From Cyanophora paradoxa CCMP329 (taxonomy: Eukaryota; Plantae; Glaucophyta): DNA of 64,000 bases. Of this stretch, positions 24,013 through 35,300 are shown piece after piece. Below the pieces are notes generated by a model. The model did no database searches and was not told the origin of the DNA. It saw only the letters and a program-made list of their open reading frames with translations. A program made the translations under genes and the position numbers. The stretch covers positions 1 through 64,000 of the forward strand of contig QPMI01000066.1 of NCBI GenBank assembly GCA_004431415.1, given 5' to 3'. Numbering within the stretch: position 1 is the first letter of the stretch; the number at the start of each line of letters is the position of its first letter.

Positions 24013-26641
24013 CTAGTAGTCGGAGGCGCGCAGCACGCGTCGCCTCGCCCTAAAGCTGTACGCCTCGACGGCGGCCAGATTGCGATCGCGGCCCTCCAGC
24101 CCCGAGCTCAGCGGCCCCTCCTTCACCGCGTTCGGGAACTGCGCGATCGGGCCAAGCCTTGATCATGAAGCTTTAGGGCGGGCTGGGGAGAGGCCGGCCG
24201 CGGGGGCCGCTCGCATGCGCACGCAGCGGTCGGTGGAGGCCGCGGAGTCCCAGAATCCCCCAATGACGGCCCGCGCGGCCCCGTAGTAGGCGGGGGCGAA
24301 TCCCGCCGACCGCGGGTCCTGCGCACGAGCGACCCTAGGTCTCAGCTTCGACGCGGACTCGCAAAATCAGTGATCATGAGACACGATCGCGATCGGGAGC
24401 GGCTGACCGCCCCGGAGGCGAGGAGGTCGTCGAGGGCGCCGGCCTGAAGCGCCGCGCAGGTCATCCCCCCCGCGTAGAACCTGCGGGGCCAGGGGGCGGG
24501 CTCGCCGCGGCCGTGATCAGCCGCGGGATCGGATCCCGGCCGCGGGGGCACAAGCCGCGCACGGGTTGAAGGTGCAGGCGGAGTCCCCCAGCTGGACCAC
24601 CCCTGCCGGCACCGCGCTCCCCTGTACGTGTACGGTACGCGGAAGTTAAATCAGTCAGCGTTGAAGGATAAGCTCCAGCTCGAAGTACTAGCAACGAAGT
24701 TTGCAGCGGATCGGACCGGGAGGAGGTCCCAGCGGAGCCAGCGGTTGCCGAGGGAGCGGAAGACCGAGGCCTCGCCCTCCGCCTCCCCCCGCGACACCAG
24801 CTCGTGGATCGCTGCAGGAGAAGAAGCGAGTAGGGATCAAATTCAGGAGGTCAGGAGGAGGGCGAGGCGGCGGTAGCCTAAGCTTAAGGTTTTTGGAATA
24901 GAGCAGCCCGCAGATCGCGGTATACATATGCCCGGCGGCCCCGGCCCCGGGCCCGGCCCCGGGGGGAAGCGAGGTATCAGAAGCTCTAGAATTACAGAGA
25001 GAGTACTTCGGGAGGGGCGAGGCGGGACGGTGCGGATCGGACCGGGGTGGTTGAGGGTCCTGGCGAAGGCGAGAAAGCCAGGGACGTCCCGGGGGGCCCA
25101 GTCCCTGTACCCCCAGGTGCTCCGTTAGGGTGGGAGAGAGGGGGGTGGGGGGATGGGGGGGTGGGGGGGTAGCCGCACCGGTCGAAGCCGCCCATCAGCG
25201 CCCCCCAGCGTCCTGCTCGATCGCGATCGAGGGTTAGCGGCGGCGCGGCCGGCCGGTCGCGGCCGGGCGCAGGGCGGGAAAGAGGGGGTACACCGTCCTC
25301 CAGGGCGAGGAGCGCTCCGATGCGGGTCTCTCTTGGGACTGCGCGGGGGGTACGCTGCCTTAGACAGAAGGCACGGGTAATCGGTACAGAGCAGGCGCGC
25401 GCACGGAGGGGCCGCGCGAAGATCATATTCCACCCGGAGTGCTTCTGCTTCCAGTCGAAGGGAGGCCTAAAGACCCGTGTGCTGTGGGTACGGAATTCAG
25501 AGAGGAAGCACAGGCGCGGTGGGGTACGTATCCGGTGCACGAACCAGTACTGCACCATGCTATCCACTACCCCGGCGGGAGGGGGCGAGAAGCCCGCGCG
25601 CTGCGGGGCGGAGCTTCCGTCAAAGAAAGACGGGGTCGGGGGGAGGGGGGGGTACGGCACCTCGAGCCAGCGCCCGACGAGGGAGTTCCGGCCGCTGCAG
25701 TCGACGACGAGCGCGGCGCGCACCTCCCGCAGTCCGCCGGGGCCCTCCAGGAAGACCCCCTCCACCCTGCGAGTCGGAGAGCCGTTGATCATGAGTCAGA
25801 TCTAGAGGGGCAGGGGCCGGGCCGGGCCGAGCCCGGCGCGCGCTAGCGCCAACGCACCGGCGGTCTCGGGGGTCGACCAGGAGGCTCTTGGCCCGCCCCA
25901 GGACCATCTCGAGCCGGCGGCCGCCCTGCTCCACCAGCAGCGACCGCACGACGCCTGCGCAGATCAAATTTAATTTGATCTACACCGGAGGTCTAGATCT
26001 AATTATAATTATATAAACAGGGTTGCGCACTCTCGATGAGGGGGCGGCGGGAGAAGACCGTGCGGGAGCCCGACGAGGCCTTCTTGACCTCCTCCCCGCC
26101 GACGTAGAGCCGGATGCGCAGCTGCCCGGCGCGGCCTCGCTGGATCAAATTGCGATTGGCCGGATCAAATTTAAATTGCAGGGCCGCGCCGACTGACCTC
26201 CGGGTCGCCGACGGCGGCGCCGCTGGCCTGCATGCGGTTGAAGAAGCCCGGAAAGGTCGCCTCGAGGGCCTCGGCGCCGCTGGGGAGGAGGTGGTGCAGG
26301 TGGTCCTGCTGCGGCACGCCCCGGCGCGCCCTCGCCGCCGGCCTCGCCCACAGGTCGTCCTTCTCCACGACGACGACGCGCCGGAACCGCTTCAGAAGCA
26401 GGCCGGCCGCCGAGAGCCCCCCGATCCCTGGCGCGCCAGCGTTAGAAAGCCAGCTGCAGAAGATCTAGCTATAGACCTAGAGCACATCACGGCACAGAAA
26501 CTGGGCACCTGCGCCGAGCACGACGCACGTGTCCTCCGACGCGATAGATGGCGGTGAAATCTCCGCCAGGGCGCGGGCGTCGGGGGGCGGCGGCGCCGGC
26601 GGGTCCGCATATGCATCGACATCCGCCGGCGCCATGGCCAT
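24013..26641 (-). CDS. FAD-dependent oxidoreductase/monooxygenase-like protein, multi-exon
   Basis: Rossmann fold CVVLGA/GIGGLSAAGLL..VVVVEKD; RRGVPQQDHLHHLL..G..ALEATFPGF; LVVDCSGRNS (DG motif); LGDSACTFNP/FYAGGMTCAA (GD motif). The ends of the model are approximate. Confidence 0.8.
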
Positions 26642-27326
26642 GGCCAAAGACAGCGGCCGGCGGCTCCTCCGGCCCAGTGCGCGCCCAGCGCCCGGCAGCG
26701 CATCGCCGAAGAATCGAGCGCTTGACCTTAAGCTGCGGGGAGCGGCGGACGCGCCTTGCGCCGGCCTGGTGCTCCGTCTAGCACGTGTGTCGACGATTTC
26801 GCCATCCGGCTGGCCCCGACGCGCCGCGCATACGCGGCCGCTCGAGGTGCCAAAATGAGGACGGGATATAGAGCTGTTGTACGTGGTGGAGACGCCGGCG
26901 GCCGGGGCTAGGGCGAAGCCGGCTGCGATTGACCCGGTTGGCGGAGACGTCACCGGTCGGCCGGGGCTTCGGCCGATCTGCATCCCAGAAGCACGGTGGC
27001 GGCCGCCTCGTTGCATCGAGCCGTGCGCCGAGGCTGGGCCCAAGTGTTTCGAATTCGCACAGCGGACCACAGCAGACGGCACCGCCGGGTACGGGGTCCT
27101 GGCCGACATCGTCATCGAGTGCGCGAATGCACGTCTTCCGGCTGTGCTGCGGTGCGGCAGTGCATAGCTAACCGCGCCGTGCACGACCGCGCCGGGCTCC
27201 CTCGGGAAGACGCCCGCGCCGGCGTCACGCGCGCCGCCGGAACGGCGGCCGCCAGCCGCGGCGCACCGTGAATGCGCTGATCGCACCCGCTGCGCAGGCC
27301 GCTCGGCGGAGCGCGCCAATCGCGCC

Positions 27327-29836
27327 ATGGCCGCCTTCAAGCGCGGCGTGTGCTATACGTGGGGCTCCGGCGACGCAGGCCGACTCGGCCACGGCGACGT
27401 GCACAAGCACATGGCGGTACGCGCCTCTCGTTCGATTGCGATCCGCCGGCGCGGCAACCAACGCCGCCGCGCGCGCGGGCGGCGCAGCCCTTCCCGCAAG
27501 AGCTCGTCCCATGCCGCATCGAGACGCACCTGAGGATTCCCTTCAGGAAGGTCGTGTGCGGCCACGCGCACACGGTCCTCTTGAGTGAGGAGGGGTCCGC
27601 GCGCCCGCTCCCGCCCCCGCCCCCGCCGCCGCCACCGCCCGCCCGCCGGCCTCACGGGCGCCGCAGGAAGCTATACACGTTCGGGAACGGCGCACAGGGC
27701 GCGCTGGGCCACGGTCTCCTCGACGACCAGTGGGAGCCGCGGCGTGCGCGGCTCCAGGCCCGCGCGCGCAGCGCCCGAGCGCTCCCTGACTCGCGAGGCG
27801 GCGCCGCGCGCAGAGGTGGAGGAGCTGGACGGCGTTGTGGACGTCGCGGCGGGGAATTCCCACACGCTCGCCCTGACCAAGGACGGCGAGGCGCGCCGAG
27901 CTCGCCCCTCGCCCGTCTCCCCGCTCTTCGCCTCGCCTCTGAGCCGCCGCCCCGCCCGCCCGCCCGCCCGCCCCCCCGCGCGCAGGTGTACATCTCGGGC
28001 GAGCTCGCGGGCACAGACGCCGAGGAGCAGGAGGAGTACAAGAGTGGGCTCCCCCTCATCCCCCCCCCTCTCCTTCCGTCCACCTCTGAATGAGCCGCGC
28101 GCGCCCACGTAGGCACGTGGAACCCGTTCGCCGGCTTCCTGAAGAAGGCCTTCGACCACGCCCGCTTCCGCAAGGTCGGTTGGCTGCCCCCGAGGCCTTC
28201 AAATACAGTACCCAGAAGCCTCGCAAGACTAACTTGAGATAACTTGAACCTCGGAAGGTGGGGGGCCTGGAGGGCGTCAAGGTCTCCCGCGTCTTCTGCG
28301 GGCCCGACCGTGCGCCCCGCCCCGCCCCGCCCCGCCCCGCCCCTTCGCACCGCCCCGCCGTCTGTCCCGCTAACCGCCGCGCGCTCCGTAGTCGCTATGC
28401 TGGTGACGGGTGCGCAGTCCCGGAGCTTTCTAAGCTTTCTGAGCGTTGTGGGCGGAGCTTTCTGAGCGTTCTGATCGAACGCTTCCTCAGAGGACGGGAC
28501 GCTCGCCACGTGGGGCGCGGGGGGGCCAAAGACGGGCCAGGGGCACCCGCTGGCCGTACCCCGGCCCCGCCCCGTCCCCAACCTCCACCGCCCCATCGTC
28601 AGCGCTGCCGCCGGCGTGAGTCACGCAGCCGCCGTCGACGACGCGGGGTAATCCCGTTCCCCCTATCCTCCTCCCGCGGCCCCTCATCTACGTACCCCCA
28701 GGGAGGTGTATGTGTGGGGGGACGGCAAGCTTCACCAGCTCGCCGTGAAAACAGACTCGATCTGGAAGGCAGGCCTTTGTACCCCTCCTCTGTCTCCCCG
28801 ACACTGTACCCCCCCCCCTCTTGACCGACCCCGCAGGGCGTGACCCTTGAGGCCACCTTCATGACGCCCCAGAGGGTACCTCCGCCTCACCCACCCTGAC
28901 CCCGTACCCCCCTTCTCACCCTGTACCCCCGCAGGTGCGGGGACTGACGCACGAGGCAGCGGCGGTCGCCTGCGGTGGGAACCACACCTACGTCCTCTCC
29001 CGTGCGCCCCGCCCTCCCCGCCCCGCCCCGCCCGCCCCGCCCTGCCCTGCCCCGCCCGCTGGCTCCTAGGCCTGCCGCACCCCGCCTAGACCGACCCGCG
29101 CCCGGACCCTAGACCCCCCGCCCTCGCCCGCGCCTATGGAACCCCGCCGTAATCAGACGCGCACCCCCTGCACTCCTTTCTAGGTTTCTTGCTAGAACTA
29201 GAACTTTCCTTTCTTGGTTTCCTGCTAGAATCTGAATCCTCCGTGGGCTGACCCGGGGCGGCGCGCCGGCAGGCTTCGGCGCGATCACGACCTGGGGCTT
29301 CAACGAGAACGGCTGCCTCGGCCAGGTACCCCCCTCCAACTTCTCCCCCCCCCCTCGCTGAAGTTTCGGGACGCAGGGCGTGGACTGGACCGCGTCCTCC
29401 CAGGAGCCCGTGCGGGTCGGGGGCCTCCTTGAGGGCCGAACTGTCCTCCAGGCGCCCGAATCCCCCCCCCCCCCCCCTTAAACTCCTCTCGAGCTCGCTG
29501 GGCGAGTCTCGAAAGAAATGCTAAGCCCGCCCGCCTCGCCTGGCTCGCCGCAGATCGCGGCGGGGTGGAGGCACGCGATCGCGTTGACCAATGACGGCGT
29601 CTTCGCGTTCGGGTGGGGCGCCCACGGTTCCCTCGGCACGGGCAACGAGCAGGACCAGGTGCACTGTACCCCCCTCGAACCCGAATTCGATTTCGAATTC
29701 GATCCGGATTCGATCGCGCCCGCCCGGCCGCTCGCAGCACGTGCCGGTGGAGATCGAGCAGCTGCGGGGGCGGGGCGTCGTGGGCGTGGCCGCCGGCCTC
29801 ATGCACTCGGCCGCCGTCACCAACACGCCCCTCTAG
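27327..29836 (+). CDS. RCC1-repeat (beta-propeller) protein, multi-exon
   Basis: Blades YTWGSGDAGRLGHG, VVCGHAHTVLL..LYTFGNGAQGALGHG, VAAGNSHTLALT, VACGGNHT..TWGFNENGCLG, IAAGWRHAIAL..FGWGAHGSLGTG, VAAGLMHSAAVT. Stop at 29836. The true start may lie upstream. Confidence 0.9.
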
Positions 29837-30158
29837 CGAAGCTAGCTTCAGCTTCGTACTTAGCTTGGCTTAGCCTTAGGTGCTTGCTTGCTAGCGGCCG
29901 CGGGTTCTCTGTTACATGAGTTTTCATTCTTCCTTTCTTTCTTTGAGCCCCGGCCGCGGGGTGTGCGCGAGCTCGAGCGAGCTTCTGGCTTCAGCTTCGA
30001 TAATTACGTGGTACAACAGGAAGACGTCCGAGGAAGAGAGACGCCGCTTGAAAGGACTCGCAGCAGCTTCCTGCCTAGAAGAAACTCAAAAGCTCTCTAC
30101 ACGGGCAGGTGACAACCGCCCCCAAAACGAGAACAAGGGACCGATCGCGGCGGCCTCC

Positions 30159-31457
30159 TTACTTGGTGGTGGCGGCCTGACAGCAAACAACCGTAAGCTA
30201 ACGAATAATAATATCGAGAAGCTCAAGAGCGGACGGACCATCTTGCGGATGATGGCGCGGTGGGCCTTGAGGCGGACGGCGTTGATCTTGATGAAGCCGT
30301 CGGCGTCGGCCTGGTTGTACTTGCCGGCGACCTCCATCGAGGCGAGCTCCGGGTCGTACAGCGAGCAGGGCGAGGAGCGGCCGACGGCCATCGCGGAGCC
30401 CTTGTAGAGCTTCACCTGAACCTCCCCGTCGATGTGCTCCTGCGACTTGGCGATGGCGGCCATGAGGAAGTCCATCTCGGGCGAGAACCAGAAGCCGTTG
30501 TAGACGAGCTCCGCGAACTTGGGCGCCAGCATGTCGCGCAGCCGGAGGACCTGGCGAGAGAGAGAATGAAAGAGAGGAGCAAAGCTAAGCAGAAGGAAAG
30601 CAAAGCAGGAAAAGGGAGAAGAAGAAGGTACCTCGCGGTCCATGGCGACGCCCTCGAGGTCCATGTGGGCGCAGCGGAGGATGGTGCCGCCGGGGGTCTC
30701 GTACACGCCGCGCGACTTGATGCCCACGAAGCGGTTCTCGACGATGTCCACGCGCCCGACGCCGTGCTTCCGGCCCAGCTCGTTCAGGTACTCGAACAGC
30801 TGCAGCGGGCCCGAGACCTGCGAGCGAGCGAGCAAGGGAAGCTGAGCGCGAGCTCCGCTCCGCCGCGAACTCTCGTGCTGGTCCGCACCTTCTTGCCGGT
30901 CTCCATGTTGTGGACCTCGGTGGGAACGCCGTCCTTGAAGCTAATGACGATGTTCTCCGGCTTGTCCGGCGCGTCCTCGGGGTTCACGCAGACGTGGAAC
31001 ATCTCCGGGGGCGGCAGCGCGCGCGGGTCCTCCAGGATGCCCGACTCGTAGCTGCAGTGCATCAGGTTCTCGTCCTGCGCGGGGGCGGCCGGTCAGCGGC
31101 GCGCCGCGACGCCGAGGCCGCGAGCTCGAACTCGAGCTCGAGCTCGAGCTCGAGTTCGGGCGCGCGGCGGCGCGGATCGGGACGCACCATCGACCACGGG
31201 GCCTTGGGCGTCGAGGAGACGGGGATGCCCTTCTCCTGGGCGTACTTCATGAGGTCCGAGCGGCCCTGGAAGCGGTTGAAGAACTCGGGGTCGCGCCACG
31301 GAGCGATGACCTTGAGCGACGGCTCCAGCGAGTACGTGGTGAGCTGCGCGGAGACAAGAGAGTGAGCGAAACGCGCCGGGAGAGCGCGTGCCGCCGGTTG
31401 GCCGACACTGGCGACGGGTCGCGCGCGAGCGGCCGCGAATGACGCACCTCGAACCGG

Positions 31458-31490
<33 letters not shown>

Positions 31491-32044
31491 GCGACGTACT
31501 TGCAGCCCTCCTTGACGGCCAGCTCGACCATGCGCTTCGCGATGCAGGGGCGGGCGAGCGAGGTGCCGAGCAGGTAGCGGCCCTCGTAGATGGCGTTCGC
31601 CTTGATCGCCTCGAACACGTACTTGGTGACGAACTCGTGCTTGAGGTCCTCAATGTAGCACTTGATCGCACCGCCCTGCGCGGCCTTCTTCTGGATCGCG
31701 GGCCAGTCCTCCTGCGCAATCGATCTGCGGTTAGCGGGGGGGCTAGCTGCTGTTTCTTAAATTCAACCATCGGTCTAGTCGAAAGAGAATAGACGAAGCC
31801 TTGCGAGCGGCTTATGCGCGCGGCCGGCGAAAGGGCAGAACCGACCTTCTGGCCGAGATCGGCCACCATGCAAATAACCTCGAAGCCCTTGTCGATGAGC
31901 CATGCGAGAATGCAGCTGGTGTCCAGGCCGCCAGAGTACGCTAGGGGTCGTGGTCGGCGCAGGCCGAAAAGTCAGCCACCCGGCGATCGGACGCGGGCGG
32001 GTCCGGCGGTTTGGCGCACCGAGCAGAACCTTCTCCTTCGACAT
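30159..32044 (-). CDS. ASS1: Argininosuccinate synthase
   Basis: [17 protein letters not shown]; [18 protein letters not shown]; [15 protein letters not shown]; [29 protein letters not shown]; [11 protein letters not shown]; [14 protein letters not shown]. The last exon AATTK* ends at 30159. Confidence 0.97.
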
Positions 32045-32311
32045 TGCGGCGAACGGTATGCGAACGGAGGTTGAAGAAGAAGGGCTGTTTTTGTTTTTGC
32101 GCCGCTTCCTGAGGGTGAGGGTACGCGGTCACGCTCAAGCGGCCGTACCCCATCTCATCTGGGCTCAACTTGGACAGGCGCAGCCAAGGCTTTTCAAGCC
32201 AGTTTCGAGTCAAGCATGACCGTTTTGACGCATCTCCGATGAGCTAGCATTCCCCGCGCACCCCAGCGAGAAGGCGGCGCACCCTCGCAAGCTCACTCCC
32301 TCAGCCTAGCT

Positions 32312-35300
32312 ATGATGAGGGAGCGGCCGCCGCCCCGGCCCTTATCGTTAGATAGACAGGCGGACCTGCTCCTGCAGCGCATCAAGACCAGCACTTCGGA
32401 GCTCGACGCCAATGTGAGCAGCTCTGGCACCGAGATCAATGCGAAAGCGGAGCTGGCGCTGGTGCAAATCCACAAGGATGTTCTGGCTCACGAGGCCCAG
32501 GTGATAGCTAAAGGTTGCGGCCCGCACAGGCCCGGCGCTGACCGCCCCCTTTGTCAGCCTCTCCCCGACCCCGATCCGACGGGGGAGCGGGTGGAGCGCA
32601 TGGTGCGGGACATGGCGTCGACGTACAGCAAGATAAAGACGACTTTATGTGCGTCGGAGCCCTCCGGGCGGCCCCAGCGCCCTGCGCGCTGACGCCCCGC
32701 GCCCCAGTCCGCGAGAGGCGCTTCAACACCGAGCACGTCCCCCTGTACTCCGGCAACGTCGTGCAGAATCACGTCTTGAGTGCGCCGCGGCCGCGCTTCC
32801 CCCCTCGCGCGCCCTGAGCGCTCCTTCCCCAGGCGGGGCCTACAAGAACTTCATCTTCGACGTGAAGGCCCCCGGGCCGGTGCGCCGCACGCGTACCCCT
32901 CTCTAAGGCCTCCAGGGTACTATGTTCGACGCGGCGGCAGGTTACGGTCGAGCTGCGCGTTCTCGACGGCGACGCTGACCTTTACTGTTCCACGGGGGAC
33001 CTGTACCCGTGCGCGGACCCGCGGAACCCTGTAGCCCCTCATCTTAGCCGGTACCCACCCGCAGGAGCAAAGAGGAGCACGAGTTCGCGTCGGCGGCGGA
33101 GGGGGACGACATCATCACGGTGGACTACGGCAACCCGGGTGCGCCGCTCCCCCCTCCTTCATCCCCCCTCTCTCCCCCGTTTGACGTACCCCCTCCAGCG
33201 TACAAGCTGGGCCCGCTGTTTATCTCCGTGTACGGCAAGAAGGCCAGCGACTTCTGCATCAAGGTGGCGGCCCTCTCCCACCAGGAGATCAAGCACGCCA
33301 AGTGCGCCGCGCCGGCTGGGCGTACCCCCTATAAGAGGCTGTACCCCCTTCAACCTCATCTGAGCGACCCTTCTTTCCCCCCGAGCAGTTCGATCGACGG
33401 GAAGGTCTCGGCTAAACACGTGCGCCGTACCCCCCTCCCCTCCCCTCCCCTCCCCTCGCGCCCTGACGCCGCACCCCGCCCAGTACAACTACTACAAGTT
33501 CCCCATGCCGGGTACCCCCCTCGAGGTCCTGCACTTCACCCCGCCGGCCGGCTCACCCGGTACCCCCGACCCGCAGATTTCCACGTAGCCCTGAAGATGT
33601 TCTTCGTTCTCCGCGGAAACGGGAAGGCCCAGGTGCGGCCGCCTCTGTACTCGTCCCGGCAAAGTAATCGCTTACCCCCCCGCCTCCCCCGCAGGTCGTC
33701 ATCTCGAACCGGACCTACTTCCCAACGCTCCGTGCGGCGGCTGGCCCCCGCGCCCCCCCTTCCCCCCCGATCCCGCCTCCTCCTCACCGGACCCGGCAGT
33801 GCGCTGCATATGGAAGACCGAGATCGCCGGGTCCGGCAAGTACTACATCTTCCATCGGGACCCGAACTACCGCCCGGGCTGGTCGGCCGCCTATCCCCCC
33901 TCCCCCCCCCCCCCCCATTCGCGCCCCCTGAAACGCCGTACCCCCAGGTTCTACATTGGGATCACGACGCAGGACGAGGAGTGCGTGTACAACCTCACCT
34001 GCTACGCCGAGAAGCGTGCGTCACGCCCCGGGGGGTACGTCGTTTTCTATCCACCCACTTTCGGCGCAGGCGACAAGCAGATCTCGGTCAAACCGAAGCA
34101 GAAGAAGAAGGTGGGGGCTTTTTTTGGGAGAAGGGGGATGAGAAGAGGCCGGCGGGGTACGTGACCTCGCGCGACCTGACTTCTCCCCCCTCCTCGGGCA
34201 GGTCCGGAGGAAGCGGCGGTCCCTGTACGACAACACGCGGCCCAAGATCCGGTCCTCCGAGGAGGAGTGCGTACCCCCTCCTCTCCCACTTCCCTTCCTA
34301 TTCTCGCTTCCTCGAACCGACCTAATTCCGTACCCCCTCCCCCCAGGGAGTCCTCCACCAGCGGGTCAAGCGAGTACTCAAGCGACGAGTTCGAGGATCA
34401 CGCGGTACCCCCCCATCCGCTCCACCCTCCTGCTCATTGTCCAACGTTTCTGCGCCCTTGCAGCTCAACGGCGACGGCATTGAGAACGGGAAGAGCGGCC
34501 GGAACCGGAAGAAGATCGCATCCGGTACCCCCCTCTCGCACGGGCCCCTCCCGCCAGCCTCCGCCCACCGCCGCCGGACGGGCGCAGACCTCTCGGTCGT
34601 CGTTCCGGGGGAGGCGGGTTCCGGGGCCGGGGCCGGGGGTGCCCCCTCAGGCTCGCACCCGCACGGCGTCTCCCCAACCAAAGTACCCCCCCGCTCTTCC
34701 CCCCCCTTCCTCCTTCCCCTCCTCTTCCGACCCGCGTTCTCAGACCCCAAAGACGCCCCGCGGCGGCCCCGTGCCTTTCGGTGCGTCCTCGTACCCCGCC
34801 CCCTTCCCAGTACCCCCCTAACCCGCCGGCAGACGACGCCGACAATCTCCCCGAGGCCCGGCGCGAGGTTCGAGTACCCCCCTCGACGTGGGATGGGGCG
34901 CGGCCGGGCTCGAACCGGCGGCCCGGGCTCAGGTGAGGCTGCGGGCGTTCGACCCGAAGCCGAAGGTGGAGAGGAAGCTCGAGGAGATGCTGGAGAGGCT
35001 GGAGGGGCAGGCCCAGGCCCAAGCCCGCGGCGGCGCCGGCGCCGGCGCCGGCGGCTCTTCGGAGCACGAGGCTCCGCACCACCACCACCACCAACACCAC
35101 GGCCACCTCCCGCCCGTGGCGCAGGCATCCCGCGGCCGCCGCGGGAGCGTCGTCTCTTCCGCCGGCGGCTCCCCTCCCCCGGGCGCCCGCAGGGGCCTCC
35201 CCATCCGCTCCCACCCCGTGCGTCATCCCACTGTACCCGCCTTCTTCGAGTCGAAGACGAACGCGTACCCCCGCAGGAGGAGGAGGTTCGGCGGTCGCCG

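Noticed and set aside
26857-27170. Possible extra 5' exons of the RCC1 gene or a small separate gene
   Set aside because: I could not build a consistent start and splice path.
27327-29836. RCC1 protein as the UVR8 photoreceptor
   Set aside because: It has only one GWRH(A). UVR8 needs three GWRHT motifs and a VP-containing C-terminal tail.
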